Assembly: GCA_951804945.1 (NCBI GenBank)
Contig: OX638152.1
Coordinates: 44,640,001-44,704,000 of the forward strand
Direction of reading: 5' to 3'
DNA from: Podarcis cretensis
Taxonomy: Eukaryota
DNA length: 64,000 nucleotides
This document shows positions 36,816-49,015 of this stretch, piece after piece (within the stretch, counting starts at the first letter, position 1; every line of letters starts with the position of its first letter). The notes under the pieces are model-generated. The model was not told where the DNA came from. It worked only from the letters and a program-made list of their open reading frames with translations, and made no database searches. Made by a program: the position numbers and the translations under genes.

Positions 36816-39648
36816 ATTATGCAATAGGATGTCCCAACTTTCATCAGAAAATGTTGCTCAGGGTCACTCAAGGACCCCTGAGCTTTGGCATCAAGAGCAA
36901 CTGGGAGGCTACCTGCCTTTGTCTGTGTCCATGAGGCATTCCAGAGATGTTGGAAGCAAGCAGAGAGGGGAATTCCTGGCCACCAGCTGAACAACAATCC
37001 TAACAAAATGGTGGGTGCAGGATAGTGCTAAAGCAGCACCATTCAGATCAGGTTGTTCATACAGGTGCCCACCCTCCAAATTAGAGTTAGAGGGATTTCA
37101 CTCCACTCACAAGCAATATTTAACCCTGAAAACATTCAGTAGAAAATAATAAAAAAGTAAGGGCGGGGGGAGGAACAGTCTGAGCACTTAAACGAAATCG
37201 CTCAGAGAATGTTTGAATAGCCTATGAAACATAAAGTCATAACGTTATAACATAATATTTCTAGGGAAGAATGTGAGAATAGGATAGTTACTGATTCCCC
37301 TGTATTAAGAATGCTTATGTTTGCAATGTCAATATGAAACAATACATTTTCATTCAGACGTTGACATGGTTCTTATTTTAATGGAAAAGGGGATCCCTCC
37401 AGCTATATGAAAGGGTTTGCTGACTGCTCGTGATAGATTTACTACTACTGTATTATTGAATACATGGACTATATATTTTAAAGGTGTAATCGTGATATCA
37501 TTGTTGTAAAAAAGAATGGATTTCGATTGAATCTTCTTAGATATTTTATTATCATCAATGAGATGTGAAAGTGCGTTTTAATGCGCCAGCATATTATTTA
37601 TGACAACGGAAAGTTTCTACAGCTGCATTGCTTCCTATAAGAAGCAATATCTTATACAGTAATACTTTGGAAAGAGTTAAAGTAGGACATGTCACATAAA
37701 TCATGTGGGGTTTTTTTAATCTTTAAAAAATAAACTCACAGGCCATGCAGCTGGGAAATTCAAAGAAAGAATTCAGTTCAATACCTTGGTTCAGACGATA
37801 ATTCAAAGCTTCATAAACCATGATCAGAGCTTGGCTCACTATTCTGGGTTGTTAACTGACAATCCCCAGTTCTGACATAATAGGAAACTCTGGCTTAATA
37901 CAACCTAGGAGGCTCTGGAGTGGTATATGTAGGGAGAAGAGGAGGGGCTATACAGAAATGCTCAGCCCCAATGCTCATTCCCTGCTTCATAAATCATCAT
38001 TTATCTCGTCCAGATCTGCTGGACCATTATTCACAGCCAGAATACTGGAGAAAACAGCACCAAAAATAACTGTAGTGAAATTTTCTAGATGTCCTGAAAA
38101 TGTATTCTAGATTGACTGGGTATACTTATATAGGCATTCAGAAGACACATTGTAAAAATGAGAAAATGAAATTAATGGATTCATCCATCCCTAATTTTCT
38201 GCACATGCACACAAGTCCCTTCCATCTAGGCAAGCAAGATAAATTATCACAGTTCAATGACACATTCTTAGTAGGCAAAAGTTCTCAGGGAGGGTGTGGA
38301 TCAGTGTATGTGAGGGTTGTGGCCCAGGGAGGGGTGAGGACTGAGGAGGGTCCTGAGGTCTGGATAGAGAGGCCACATCCAGCCCTGGTATACACATTTA
38401 ACAAGGAGTCTCATTGAACTCAGTGGGCCTTACATGAGTAGACATGCATATGATTTCTCTGTAAGTCTTAAAGCACTATAGAACTGCAGCATGAAATTGC
38501 AAAACTAAGGCAAGACAATCAGTAGAATTACTCAGTCCCAATTGCTTTTTAAAAAGAAAATCCTTACTGTGTATACTATGGACAAAGTGACCTTTAGATT
38601 AAAATGCTGGTGTTTAAAAGTGATTTACATAGGAATAATAGGACTCAGTACATTTTCTGAAGGCAGTTCTTATAAGCTTGCTGCCAAAATCATCACTAGA
38701 CTTCTAAAACCAGATTTCTTCTTCTTTTCAAATGGGGTGATTTGTTAAAGAGAATGTCTGGGAGGATCAGGGCAGCCTTTTCACTGGTTATTTCCTCACA
38801 TGTTTGCTCATTGCTCCAAGAATTGATGTATTCTAAGATTATTATTTTTTTAAAAAAATAAACCCACCCTCAAAGTAAATTTATAGAGCTAATACATCTA
38901 CTGATTTTAAAGATGAATAATATTTTTGCCGCAGTCTTATAGGAAGCACTCACACCTAAATGATATTTGTGCAATCTGTTCTTAAATTGACAACCCAACC
39001 TTGAACATATTTACCAAGAAGTAAATCCTATTAAACTCCATGGAACATACTTGCTAGTAAGCATCTTAGGATTTTTGCTAGGAGCCTTTAATTCAGAAAA
39101 GTTCTCCTTACTAAGGTATATGTAGCCTTTATCAAGTGGTCTATGGAGGAAATTAAGTTGCACTGGAATACAGTGCTTGCTGATCGCTATCCCTTAAGTA
39201 TAACTGCGCACTTGCAATTTCAACAGAAATGCATCTGTTATTACATGGTAAAATGTGTTTTTAAAATGAGTTGTACAGTACTTCCAAACATATACCGGTA
39301 AGTGTTTGCTATAATATGAGGAACATAGTGACAAGATATATTTGTGATTTAACTAAAACTGAATAAAGTAATGATATTTAATGTATCCAATTACGTTTTG
39401 GTTAAAAAAAAATGGTACCTGTAGTCAAGCGTCCTTCAACCAAATTAAATGCTTAATGTGATGTGCGCTGCCTCATCTTTTTCCTTGCTGGGTTTACTCT
39501 GCTATATATTGACTTGCATAGGAGTTATCACTCAGTCTTGGTGTCTCTAGCAATAAAAGTGGTTTATAATCTTATGCCTACTTACTTGGGAGTAGCAGCA
39601 CAATCCTATATGTATCTACTCAGAAGAAAAGTTCATTGACTTTCTAGT

Positions 39649-39748
39649 AAAATGTGGGCTGGATGAGATAACTTTTAGGTGGAATTGTAGCTGGTTGACT
39701 TACTGAACCCAAAGGGTGCTCACCAATGGTTCCTCATCATCCTGGAAA
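39649..39748 (+). mobile_element. CR1 RT fragment
   Basis: aggtggaattgtagctggttg...caaagggtgctcaccaatggttcctcatcatcctgg, homologous to 44150-44245. Confidence 0.6.
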
Positions 39749-41118
39749 AATATTGACACAAAAACATTGCACATAGCTAAAAGAATGAAAGTTTACTACA
39801 TCCCCTCCCTCCACGTGGTCTCTCTCTCTCTCCCCACCTCTCTTCTCCCCCAACCTTATACTGTATCAAAATATTAAAGTCTCATATCAAATATAACTGA
39901 TCTGTAGAAATGATTTTATGATCTGAAAATAGAGATGGTGTATGTACTTTTCAACCCTGGATTTTTTTTTAATAAAAACTTTTTTTAAAAAAAGAATTAG
40001 GTTGAACTACCTGATAGAGTTCTTGTAAGGATGAATACAACATACCAAACTAATTTATTTGTACATTAAAAGTGCTGCTGCTGTTACTACTACTACTGGA
40101 GAAATAAAAATAATCGGTCATTAAAAGCAATTTGGAAATACAGTGAATTGTGTGCAAAACATATAGCCTGTCCATGTGTATGAACAATCAAGTTGGTTTT
40201 GAAAACATTATAAACAGTCTGCTTTGTTCCCTTCTAAAATATGTGGGAACATTCCTCTACTGTATCTGAAAAATAACAGATTTTTTTTTCCTGTTATAAA
40301 AAGTTTAGAACAAGTCAGCTGAGGGCCAAGATACTCCATCTGTCTTATGATAATACCATTCTTAGGATGCTCACTTGCATTATAATATGAAACGATGCTC
40401 TTCTGATACAGTTATCGTTGGATAGATTGGCCGTCAGATTTCAGATCTCATTTGACAGGGTGTGATCAAAAGAAATAGTTAGCATGGGAAATGGAAAATA
40501 AGAGGCAATTTGGGGTGATTTCAGCATGTTGGGACCCCAGCCAAATAAAAGGTAGTAGAGGCAGAGAGAAATCCTACAGGGGAGGGGACTTTAAAATGGA
40601 GAAACTGCCATATTCAGAGCCCCACTTCATTGGTTCCAACAGGGGAAAAGATGGTGGAGTGCTATTGTTCCCTTTTATCTCCTTGCCACGTCTGCTTCCT
40701 TTTAAAAACAATGCATATCTCCACTGGATAGCAGGAAGTATGCTAGCAGAGGGTTGGCATACTTATTCACCACTCCACCATCTGGTTCTAAGGCATGCTA
40801 GGGGAACAGCAGGGTTTGGAGTCCAACCTGCCCCCAGAACACCACCCTTTTGCCCTCTCCGCCAGCAGAACACTGACAGTGTAGAAGCAACACCAACATG
40901 CCTTTCTGCAGCGGCGCTCTCACTGCCTGTGGAGAGGGAGAGCCACAAAATCCTATACCCTCCAAGATGCCCTCCCAGGGACCATAGAATTGTGTTCTAA
41001 AGATCATACTGAAATGGTTTCATTTATCTCAAAATGTCATTCCACTTATTGAAGGTAAACCATATCTATATTCCTGGAATTAATCCATTATGCCCATGGT
41101 CAACTACTTAAACACTTA

Positions 41119-41313
41119 CAGATAGGTAGCCGTGTTGGTCTGCCATAGTCAAAACAAAAAAAATTCCTTCCAGTAGCACCTTAAAGACCAACTAAGTTAG
41201 TTCTTGGTATGAGCTTTCGTATCTGAAGAAGTGTGCATGCACACGAAAGCTCATACCAAGAACTAACTTAGTTGGTCTTTAAGGTGCTACTGGAAGGAAT
41301 TTTTTTTTGTTTT
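41119..41313. mobile_element. Penelope-like element, inverted pseudo-LTR insertion
   Basis: ggtagccgtgttggtctg end motif; ~70-bp near-perfect inverted repeat (41151-41220 vs 41243-41313); 14-bp TSD tacttaaacactta (41105-41118, 41314-41327). Confidence 0.88.
41219..41256 (+). ncRNA. Minimal type I hammerhead ribozyme motif
   Basis: GUAU-CUGAAGA-A-GUGUGC-AU-GCACAC-GAAA-GC-U-C-AUAC: stem I GUAU/AUAC, core CUGANGA and GAAA, stem II, palindromic AGCU stem III. Confidence 0.8.
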
Positions 41314-41575
41314 TACTTAAACACTTAAAATTTAAAATCCATTTCATGAGTAATGAAATGAGCATGTCCTAGGAATGTCACAAGAGCTTGGCCAGCTGTG
41401 AGAAGTTAGGGCTGCGACCCTATATAGCTACTTACTTTGGGGGAAAGTCTTCTTTAATGTAATGGAACTGCCTTCTGAGTAGACATGCATAGGGTTTCAT
41501 TTTAATTTTATCATGGATTATTATCATCTCGGCTGATCTTATAAATTTGCCCTTGTTTTTCTTCCTGTGTATTTA

Positions 41576-41939
41576 AAGGTAAAAGGTAAAGGTACCCCTG
41601 CCCGTACGGGCCAGTCTTGACAGACTCTGGGGTTGTGCGCCCATCTCACTTAAGAGGCCAGGGGCCAGCGCTGTCCGGAGACACTTCCAGGTCACGTGGC
41701 CAGCGTGACAAAGCTGCATCTGGCGAGCCAGAGCTGCACACGGAAACGCCGTTTACCTTCCCGCTGGTAAGCGGTCCCTATTTATCTACTTGCACCCGGA
41801 GGTGCTTTCGAACTGCTAGGTTGGCAGGCGCTGGGACCGAGCAGCGGGAGCGCACCCCGCCGCAGGGATTCGAACCGCCGACCTTTCGATCGGCAAGCCC
41901 TAGGCGCTGAGGCTTTAACCCACAGTGCCACCTGCGTCC
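41576..41939 (-). mobile_element. Sauria SINE, young and CpG-rich
   Basis: Full head and tail; TSD cctgtgtattta (41564-41575, 41940-41951). Confidence 0.95.
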
Positions 41940-42969
41940 CCTGTGTATTTACTTCCTTTTAAATACCTGGCAATGGTCAGACAAAGAAGAAAAACTCAGT
42001 ATTCACATAAGGTTCTTAACTCTTTCCCGCCATTAATTCTCTGTTCTATAGGTCCCTTAAATCTTTAGCATCTTTCTATTAGTAAGCAGTGCACTCCCAC
42101 TGATTAAATGTGCCCATGTAAATAATTTAATCCTTTGATGAACTGCACTTTTATTTATATATATAAAAAACATTTTCATTGGTTCCTAGACAGAGTTATA
42201 GTGAGGACATTTCACTTCTAACATACCTTTTGTAATTATCCATGTTCCACATATAGTTATTTATTGTTTAATTAAAATGTATACTAGGGATATAAAGGCC
42301 ATTAGGATAAAACATCATGTCAAATCCAAAAAGTTGCAATAAAATTTGAATACAAGACTGCCTATGCCTTGCTTCTGTGTGTTTATGGCCAATGTCTTGC
42401 AATAAGCCTTGGTGGGGTGGGTGTGTTGTTATATGGTTTACTGACAAAAACAAAGGTTAGGTGGTCAGCTCTTGAATTACTAATTCAACCAGTCTGACCA
42501 AAATAATGTGCTTTAATTGGTTTATATAATTATCTCCCTGTTTAGTGATAGCAGGGAGATAAATGCTTATTTGAAAACTGTTCAGGTGGCCTTAAAAGGA
42601 AAAGCAAACCTTTTGGATAGACATCAGTTTAGACACTTTTCTTATCAATTAATCCAGATAGATATCTTTGTGTAAACATTTGTAGCTGTGTTTGATTCAA
42701 ACACCCGCTCTTCAAATTTGAAGAGCCTTACATTTCCTGAAGTGTATCCCCTATACTTGCTTAATATGATTATTGACACTGTTAAGATGTTACATATCAG
42801 CTCAAGATGAAAATCAGTTCTTATTGATGGATGTATTTTCATTTATACTGTTAATGTTAAGTAGATTCACATATTTTTTGTAAAGTGGCAGTTTTTAATC
42901 TGTTATGAAATTTTAGCTTTAATTGAAAATCCCACTTTCTTAAATCATGTTGTCTTAAATTCTTCATAT

Positions 42970-43245
42970 GTTGTTGCTGTTTAGTCATTTAGTCGTGTCC
43001 AAGTCTTTGTGACGCCATGGACCATAGCACGCCATACACTCCTGTCTTCTACTGCCTCTTGCAGTTTGATCAAACTCATGCTGGTAGCTTCAAGAACACT
43101 GTCCAACCATCTCGTCCTCTGCGATCAGCCTTCTTTATGGTCCAGCTCTCACTTCCATACATCACTACTGGGAAAACAATAGCTTTAACTATACAGACCT
43201 TTGTCGGCAAGGTGATGTCTCTGCTTTTTAAAATGCTGTCTAGGT
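42970..43245 (-). mobile_element. BovB (RTE) LINE 3' end with internal deletion
   Basis: (gtt)n tail, ttagtcgtgtcc...ccatggac, cagccttctttatggtccagctctcac...aatgctgtctaggtt; TSD ttcttcatat (42960-42969, 43246-43255). Confidence 0.88.
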
Positions 43246-43469
43246 TTCTTCATATAGGTGTTTGTTTTCCAAATTTTATGCATACCTGAAACATGATGCT
43301 ACTCTTATGCATTTTTAAATACAACTTTATTCCCTAAAATGTTGGTATTATCTATTACTTCCTCTTCTGTTTCCATAAAGAGATACTTTTCTTTCAATTG
43401 TGGTTTGTATCTTTACCAGTTCACATAACTTGCATGTGCTCCTTAGGTTGGATTGTCTTTTCAACTGTT

Positions 43470-43842
43470 AAAGGTAAAGGTAAAGGTACCCCTGCCCGTA
43501 CGGGCCAGTCTTGACAGACTCTGGGGTTGTGCGCCCATCTCACTTAAGAGGCCAGGGGCCAGCGCTGTCCGGAGACACTTCCAGGTCACGTGGCCAGCGT
43601 GACATCGCTGCTCTGGCCAGAGCCAGAGCCAGAGCCAGAGCCACACACGGAAACGCCGTTTACCTTCCCGCTGGTAAGCGGTCCCTATTTATCTACTTGC
43701 ACCTGGAGGTGCTTTCGAACTGCTAGGTTGGCAGGCGCTGGGACCGAGCAGCGGGAGCGCACCCCGCCGCAGGGATTCGAACCGCCGACCTTTCGATCGG
43801 CAAGCCCTAGGAGCTGAGGCTTTAACCCACAGCGCCACCTGC
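43470..43842 (-). mobile_element. Sauria SINE, near-identical to 41576-41939
   Basis: Same subfamily sequence; internal (CCAGAG)4; no TSD found. Confidence 0.93.
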
Positions 43843-44139
43843 TTTTTTATTACATACGTTCAGTGAAAACCTACATTGTATAAAAAATAAGCAGGACCAA
43901 TAGTAATAACAGTAGCAGTAGCAGGTTTTATTTCTTCAGATTGTAGGTCATAACAAAATAATAATAAAGAAATAAAAAGGAAGCACTAATAATAAAATGA
44001 ATCATATAGAGAGCCCAACACTTATGAAACACACTAAGAAGAGAAGCCATTTTAAAAATAACATTTTTAACCACAACTTGCTAATAGAAATGTAATTTAA
44101 TTTAATATTGTATTACATTGATAGTCCTTTCCAAGCAAC

Positions 44140-44500
44140 AGATGGTGTGAAATGTGAGCTAGATTATGCTACTGTTAGGTGGATTTCAAGGTGGTTGATG
44201 GACTGTACTCAAAGAGTGCAAATCAATGGTTCCTCATCAACCTGAAGAGAAGTGATAAGTGGAGTGCCACAGGGCTTTGTCTGGGGCCTGTTGTTATTAA
44301 ATATCTTTAAAATACTTTTGGAAAAAGAATGGAGGTGATACACATCAAAGTGCCTGGGCTAGCTAGTACTTTATAATAACAGAAAAGGGATTCAATACGA
44401 TCTTGAGGGGATGGAAAACAGGTGAAGATAAGTGACATGATTATAAGCAGAAATAAATGTAGTGCTAGACAGGAATAATCAGATGCACAAACGCAGGCTG
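44140..44500 (+). mobile_element. Degraded CR1 RT fragment
   Basis: VRWISRWLMDCTQRVQINGSSST*REVISGVPQG motif with stop codon and frameshift. Confidence 0.8.
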
Positions 44501-44723
44501 GATATATCTGACTTGAAGGTTTACAAACATGAATCAGTCAGTTCCGACATTCATCCATCCGTATTTTCATTTGGTATTTTCCGTTCAACAGCTAATGGTT
44601 TATTTTGCTGTCTTCCATTTCATTGTAGACTGACATTCAACTGCATGTTTTAGTGTACATCCTAGCACAAAACAGACTTATATTTCTGCCATCAACTTCT
44701 TGTTGACATCTGTCTGTCTTGAG

Positions 44724-44856
44724 TAAGGTTACCAGGCGTCCCTGTTTCCCGGGGACAGTCCTCGGATTTACAAATCAGGCCCCTGACAAAATCCACTGAA
44801 TTTGACTGAAGTTGAAAAGTGTCCCCAGATTAATTGAAAAAAATCTGGTAACCTTA
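44724..44856. mobile_element. hAT (Blackjack-like) MITE
   Basis: Perfect 12-bp TIR TAAGGTTACCAG / CTGGTAACCTTA; internal tgtcc/ggaca motifs; TSD not preserved. Confidence 0.75.
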
Positions 44857-44869
44857 CAATGGAGTGCAC

Positions 44870-45440
44870 CTCAAACTGCTAAATTAGCAGCACTGAAGCA
44901 AACTCCCAGGCATGCAAGCCTAGGCAGTGTGTATGGGGTCCTGGGTTGCCCAGATGACAAGACATCTCTCCCCCCCCCCCCCGACTCACTGATGTGATCC
45001 AAAGAAAAGCAGAGCAATACGTTTGGCACCAGCTTGGATGCAGGAATTGCAAGAAGAAGGCGTACAATACATCATCCATCTATTTTAGGGACTCCACTCA
45101 GGATTTGTGTAGGGTTTCTTCCTTAGCCTTTCCCCCCCTCCTAGATGGGCTACCTTCTCGGGTTAACAAGCCCCATCTACCCCTCAGTTACCACTACAGT
45201 ACATGCAGAAACAGTCTTCTTGACCACTGAACCCAATATTAGTCTCATTTGTGCCATCTGCTAGAGCCTGTCTTTGCATGCAGGGGAAGTCCCTAATTCA
45301 TGGCGCGTTTAAGACTCATCAGTTATCCTCACCTGGTTTTGCCGGCCAGCTGAAGCTGTTCCTGGGGTGTGACCATTGTTGCATGCTGGCAGCTTCTAGG
45401 AGCCACAAGTGAGAGCTGAGTGTAAGGTGGGAACCAAAGA
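44870..45440 (+). repeat. Unclassified interspersed repeat (copy 2, longer)
   Basis: Homologous to 15700-16030; boundaries approximate. Confidence 0.6.
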
Positions 45441-45581
45441 TAAGCTAACCATCGCAAAAGGAGCACAATGTGTCCCCCCACCAAAGGTGCTACCCCTTCC
45501 ATAACACCCCACACACCCTATCAATGGATATTTATAAATCACTTACCCTTCATATGTGTTTCCTTTCAAACTTAATCAATT

Positions 45582-45670
45582 TCCAGAGGGGTCGCCCTTT
45601 TAGTCTTTTGCAGCAAAACAAAGAGTCTTGTAGTACCTCAAATACAAACTTAATGATGTGGCTAAAGGCC
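45582..45670. mobile_element. Degraded Penelope-like pseudo-LTR fragment
   Basis: ccagaggggtcgcccttttagtc...gtagtacctcaaatacaaac loosely parallels 41119-41200. Confidence 0.5.
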
Positions 45671-47611
45671 TAACACAAAGCTATCTATGGCTATGATTCT
45701 AACCATTTCTCCTCAGAAGTATGTCCCATTGAATTCAATGGGGCTTATTCTCAGGTAAGTGAGGCTAGGATTTCAGCTGATCTTGCTAGCTCGATTTCAC
45801 AATTCTGTATATAAATGTCATCCTGTCTTGTTTAGCGTACCATTGATAGCTTGCTTTTTGTGTCTTGAATTCTTTGAATTATTCCTTCAGTCAGTGTAAT
45901 GCCATTTAACCACGAATAAGTCATGCTTTATTGTAACATTTTATTTATATCATAAATGTATATTTCAATAAGAAAATGGTTTTGTGTGTGTGCTGAAACA
46001 TAATGCCCGAGCCAACTTATGTTATAAATATTTGTAGTAAACATGATTTTGTGTCTGACAGCATTAAAACTCTTTTTGACCCAATGTGAAAGAAACAAAA
46101 AATCACAGTGAGAAGCAGATTAAGGCTGCAATCCTAACACTACATACTTGGGAGTAAACCCAGTTTTAAAGAAAATACACTATAAAATTACGGTAGATAT
46201 AAAAGGCTACAGTTCTTGTTCATTAAAAAAAAAATGGTGGGGGACCTACCTTGTGTTTTCCTACAATTGTCAGAATTTTTTGTTTTGTTTTTTGCTTTCC
46301 TGGCACAATGTTTAAAGTGGCTATTTGAAAAAGACAGAACACACAGTGGAATCTGTGAAAAAAAGTATTGAAGGCATCTGCTTAATTTGCATTTGTACTT
46401 TTCCATACCAGCTAATGTTCAAAAACAAAACAAAACATTTTTCTCACTCGCTGTCAAACATAAAAAAAAACCATTAGTTTTTAATTCCATTGTGTTTGTC
46501 TTCTGATTACAAGGAAACAATGCTTAAATCAAGAGCTCTCAGCACTCCTGTTTCTAATGCATGAAGTCTTACAAAGCCACGGTTTCATGGAGTATAGATG
46601 CTTAGAACAGATAACTTTCCCCAAGGAGTCATTATACTTTTTCCCTCTTTCACTTTTAAGAAGCAAAGGAAATATCATACTGCATAACTAACTACTGATC
46701 ACATTCATACTGTTTACATAATTAAAAATGACTGTCATTTACCTTGCTTAATATGGATTTCTAAACAGTTATGACTACATTATATAGCACTGACATAAAC
46801 CCATGCTGAATTTTTTAAAACCTTTAAAGTTTAAAGGAATGAGCATTCAAAGTAATCAACACTTCCACTTTCTCAAAACTAATTTTAACATGCCAGCTTG
46901 TATGGCTCCAATCTCTTATTTTTGTACCATGCTATAAGTACAGTGGATACAATAAAGGCACATACCTTGAAAAAGAAGGAAAAAAATACATGTTTCTTCT
47001 GTGCAACCTGCATTCCTTAAGGTGGTTCCATAATTGCCCACTCCTTATTGCATGCAAAGATGGATGAAGGTTTGGTCACAGATAACTAGACTTTTTGCCA
47101 AAACTTATCAACCAAGGAATTCAAACTGAATTGCAGTTCCGGCTGTTTTGATCCCTGCTTTGAAAGTTCTGGACATCACCAAGTCACTTACACTTTTGAA
47201 AGATCAGAGAGTTTTATAGCCGCTGCTGTTAATTAGCATGGTGGATACTTGACCATTTTCACATGTCTCCTGTGTCATCAGATTCCATGATATTTGGTGA
47301 CATGATTCAGCAATCTAGAATAAAATACACAGATGAAAGAAACAAAGAAAATCCAATTTAAGAATAAAAAGCCAATGAGATTAGTAATAGTAATAGTAAT
47401 AATAAGATTGTGTAACCTAGGTTGTAGCTGACAGATTCCTTGGTCTCTGTCATGCAATCATGAGGGTACCTGCAGCAGGATTCTCACATGCCCTGGTCAG
47501 ATGATCTGCAGAAGCATTATGAACAGTAGAATTAAGGCTTTGAACATCTTGACCTCTTGGTGATCAGGAGGGACTAGTGGCAAAGATTAACATTGCCCTA
47601 AACTTTCACAA

Positions 47612-47948
47612 GGGACATGAGTGGTGCTGTGGGTTAAACCACAGAGCCTAGAAGGTCGGTGGTTCGAATCCCTGCAACGGGGTGAGCTCCTGTTGATCGG
47701 TCCCTGCTCATGCCAACCTAGCAGTTCGAAAGCACGTCAAAGTGCAAGTAGATAAATAGGTACTGCTCCGGCGGGAAGGTAAACAGCATTTCCATGCACT
47801 GCTCTGGTTCGCCAGAAGCAGCTTAGTCATGCTGGCCACATGACCCGGAAGCTGTACGCCAGCTCCCTCGACCAATAAAGCGATATGAGCGCCGCAACCC
47901 CAGAGTCAGTCACGACTGGACCTAATGGTCAGGGGTCCCTTTACCTTT
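47612..47948 (+). mobile_element. Sauria SINE (different subfamily)
   Basis: Head, B-box ggttcgaatccc, cctttacctttt tail; TSD taaactttcaca (47599-47610, 47949-47960). Confidence 0.95.
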
Positions 47949-48814
47949 TAAACTTTCACATCCTGCTGCTTAGACAGAAGCTTTGGAATAGAGATAAATT
48001 TCCCTAAACACTGTGTGGTGAACCTAGGAATAGCCTTCCAGCTGCTTTGGAATACAGCTCCCAAAACAACCTCAGCCAGCATGACCAGTGGTTAGGTTGA
48101 TGGAAGCTGTAGTCCAAAACACCCTGGAAGTCCAAATATCTCAAGGATTGCTTCTCCCCATATGAACCAATCCATACCCCGTGATGATCATCTTGAGGTC
48201 CTAAGGGTGGCAACACAAGAACAGGCCTTTTCTGTGGTGGCTCCCCATTTGAATGTGCTCCCCAAGGAGGCTTGTTCACATCATCTGACATCTGCACAAG
48301 ATGCAACCTATGAGCAACTGCATGACTGCTACTTGCGTACCTATGTTCCTTCACTTTTCCTTGGTGTGGTGGCAGACCTTCTGGCTGCATCTATATGAGA
48401 TGGCTAATAGTACCTTTGCACCAGTAAAAGTAATTTGGTTATTATTCTCAGTCATTTATTTCTTGATACTCAGTAAGACTGGGCCAAAAATATTTATGTA
48501 TCACACTCCCCATAATGGTGATTACCGCTTCCACCTCTAGTAAGTCTTACGGGCCTACACACTTATGCCAATCCGACCTCATACTGTGTTTTTGAAGTAG
48601 TCTCAGTCTCTGCACAACAAGGATGAGTTCCTGTGTTCTTCCTGAGATGAGGATAATGCACAATATCTCACCTCACAGTCCAAACGTGTTACATCAAAGA
48701 ATATATCCCACCAAGTTCAGAGAGGGTCTGGGCCATGGTGGCCACAATTTTTGGCAGACAAGCTATGCCAGCCAAATCATGCAGTCCATAATGGCAGACT
48801 CTCTGCATGAGATC

Positions 48815-49015
48815 CAGTATAGTGTAGTGGTTGGGGAGACCCAGGTTCAAATTTGCACTCAGCCAGGAAGCTCATTGGGCAGCCTTGGGCCAGTCACATT
48901 GCAGCATAATCTACATCATAGGGTTATTATGTAGGTAAAGCCCAGGGGTAACATGTAGGGAGGGTAGAATTTCATGAAGAGAAGGTGGGATATAAATGTT
49001 ATACATAAAATAAAC
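48815..49015 (+). mobile_element. Old tRNA-derived SINE (MIR/Squam3-like)
   Basis: cagtatagtgtagtggtt...ccaggttcaaat...ccttgggccagtcac...gggatataaatg plus A-rich tail. Confidence 0.65.

Noticed and set aside
43461-43817. Recurrent ORFs such as MTDSGVVRPSHLRG... (also 4627-4969, 8532-9050, 20371, 30979, 41617)
   Set aside because: GC-rich Sauria SINE sequence read in frame; non-coding.
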